Positions 63,754-64,000 of a DNA stretch of 64,000 nucleotides are shown piece after piece (the first letter of the stretch is position 1; each line of letters starts with the position of its first letter). The translations under genes and the position numbers were made by a program. Source of the DNA: Planctomycetota bacterium. GTDB taxonomy: Bacteria; Planctomycetota; UBA11346. The notes under the pieces were generated by a model. It ran no database searches, was not told where the DNA came from, and was given only the letters and a program-made list of their open reading frames with translations. The stretch is taken from assembly GCA_025055595.1 (NCBI GenBank), contig JANWWU010000066.1, positions 11,147 through 75,146 on the forward strand, read 5' to 3'.

Positions 63754-64000
63754 ATGCGGAACGCCGAAGAGCTCATCGCCCGCGACCTCGCCTGCGTCTG
63801 GCATCCTTGCAGTCAGATGCGCGACTACGAGACCTTCCCGCCCCTGCCGGTGGTCGGCGCCCGCGGCTGCCGGCTGCAGCTCGCCGACGGCCGGGAGGTG
63901 CTCGATGCGATCAGCAGCTGGTGGTGCAAGAGCCTCGGCCACGGCCACCCTGCCATCGTCCGCGCGATCCAGGAGCAGGCGGCGCGCTTCGAGCACGTGA
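63754..64000 (+). CDS. bioA: Adenosylmethionine-8-amino-7-oxononanoate aminotransferase (partial; runs off window end)
   Basis: Not in the ORF track; translated by hand: MRNAEELIARDLACVWHPCSQMRDYE...DAISSWWCKSLGHGHP. Confidence 0.9.
   Translation, partial: MRNAEELIARDLACVWHPCSQMRDYETFPPLPVVGARGCRLQLADGREVLDAISSWWCKSLGHGHPAIVRAIQEQAARFEHV

Overview
A very GC-rich (roughly three-quarters G+C by eye), densely packed bacterial chromosomal window with about 52 CDSs. No rRNA, tRNA, CRISPR array, integrase or transposase was recognisable. Gene content (BatA/vWA membrane proteins, a prenyltransferase-repeat protein, a DEAGYGP-type RNase HII-like protein, outer-membrane barrels) suggests a diderm, most likely Planctomycetota (inference). 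Housekeeping genes: fabV, aat, gph, ruvB, cdaA-cdaR-folP, nifU-like-sufBCDS, nrpR-gltBD, ferredoxin, hisS, chdC, uvrA, cysE, ygfA, fabD, purM, ilvBN and partial bioA. Main observations: (1) at least 13 genes, nearly all operon-first, carry an nAnnnT -10-like hexamer exactly 6 nt before the ATG, implying pervasive leaderless mRNAs; (2) a SpoIIE phosphatase with tandem C2HC Zn-finger-like repeats and Thr-Pro linker repeats, coupled to a second PP2C phosphatase; (3) a (pseudo)pilin locus with a 1611-aa GspK-like protein carrying phage-tail-like modules, preceded by a DUF4388/TPR/TM/beta-propeller protein; (4) a NifU-like protein lacking its canonical Cys motifs at the head of suf; (5) a single-domain NrpR with candidate operator palindromes upstream of gltBD; (6) apparent avoidance of GACGTC/ACGT. 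Most long ORFs in the supplied track are GC-rich shadow frames; true starts were re-picked from the sequence.
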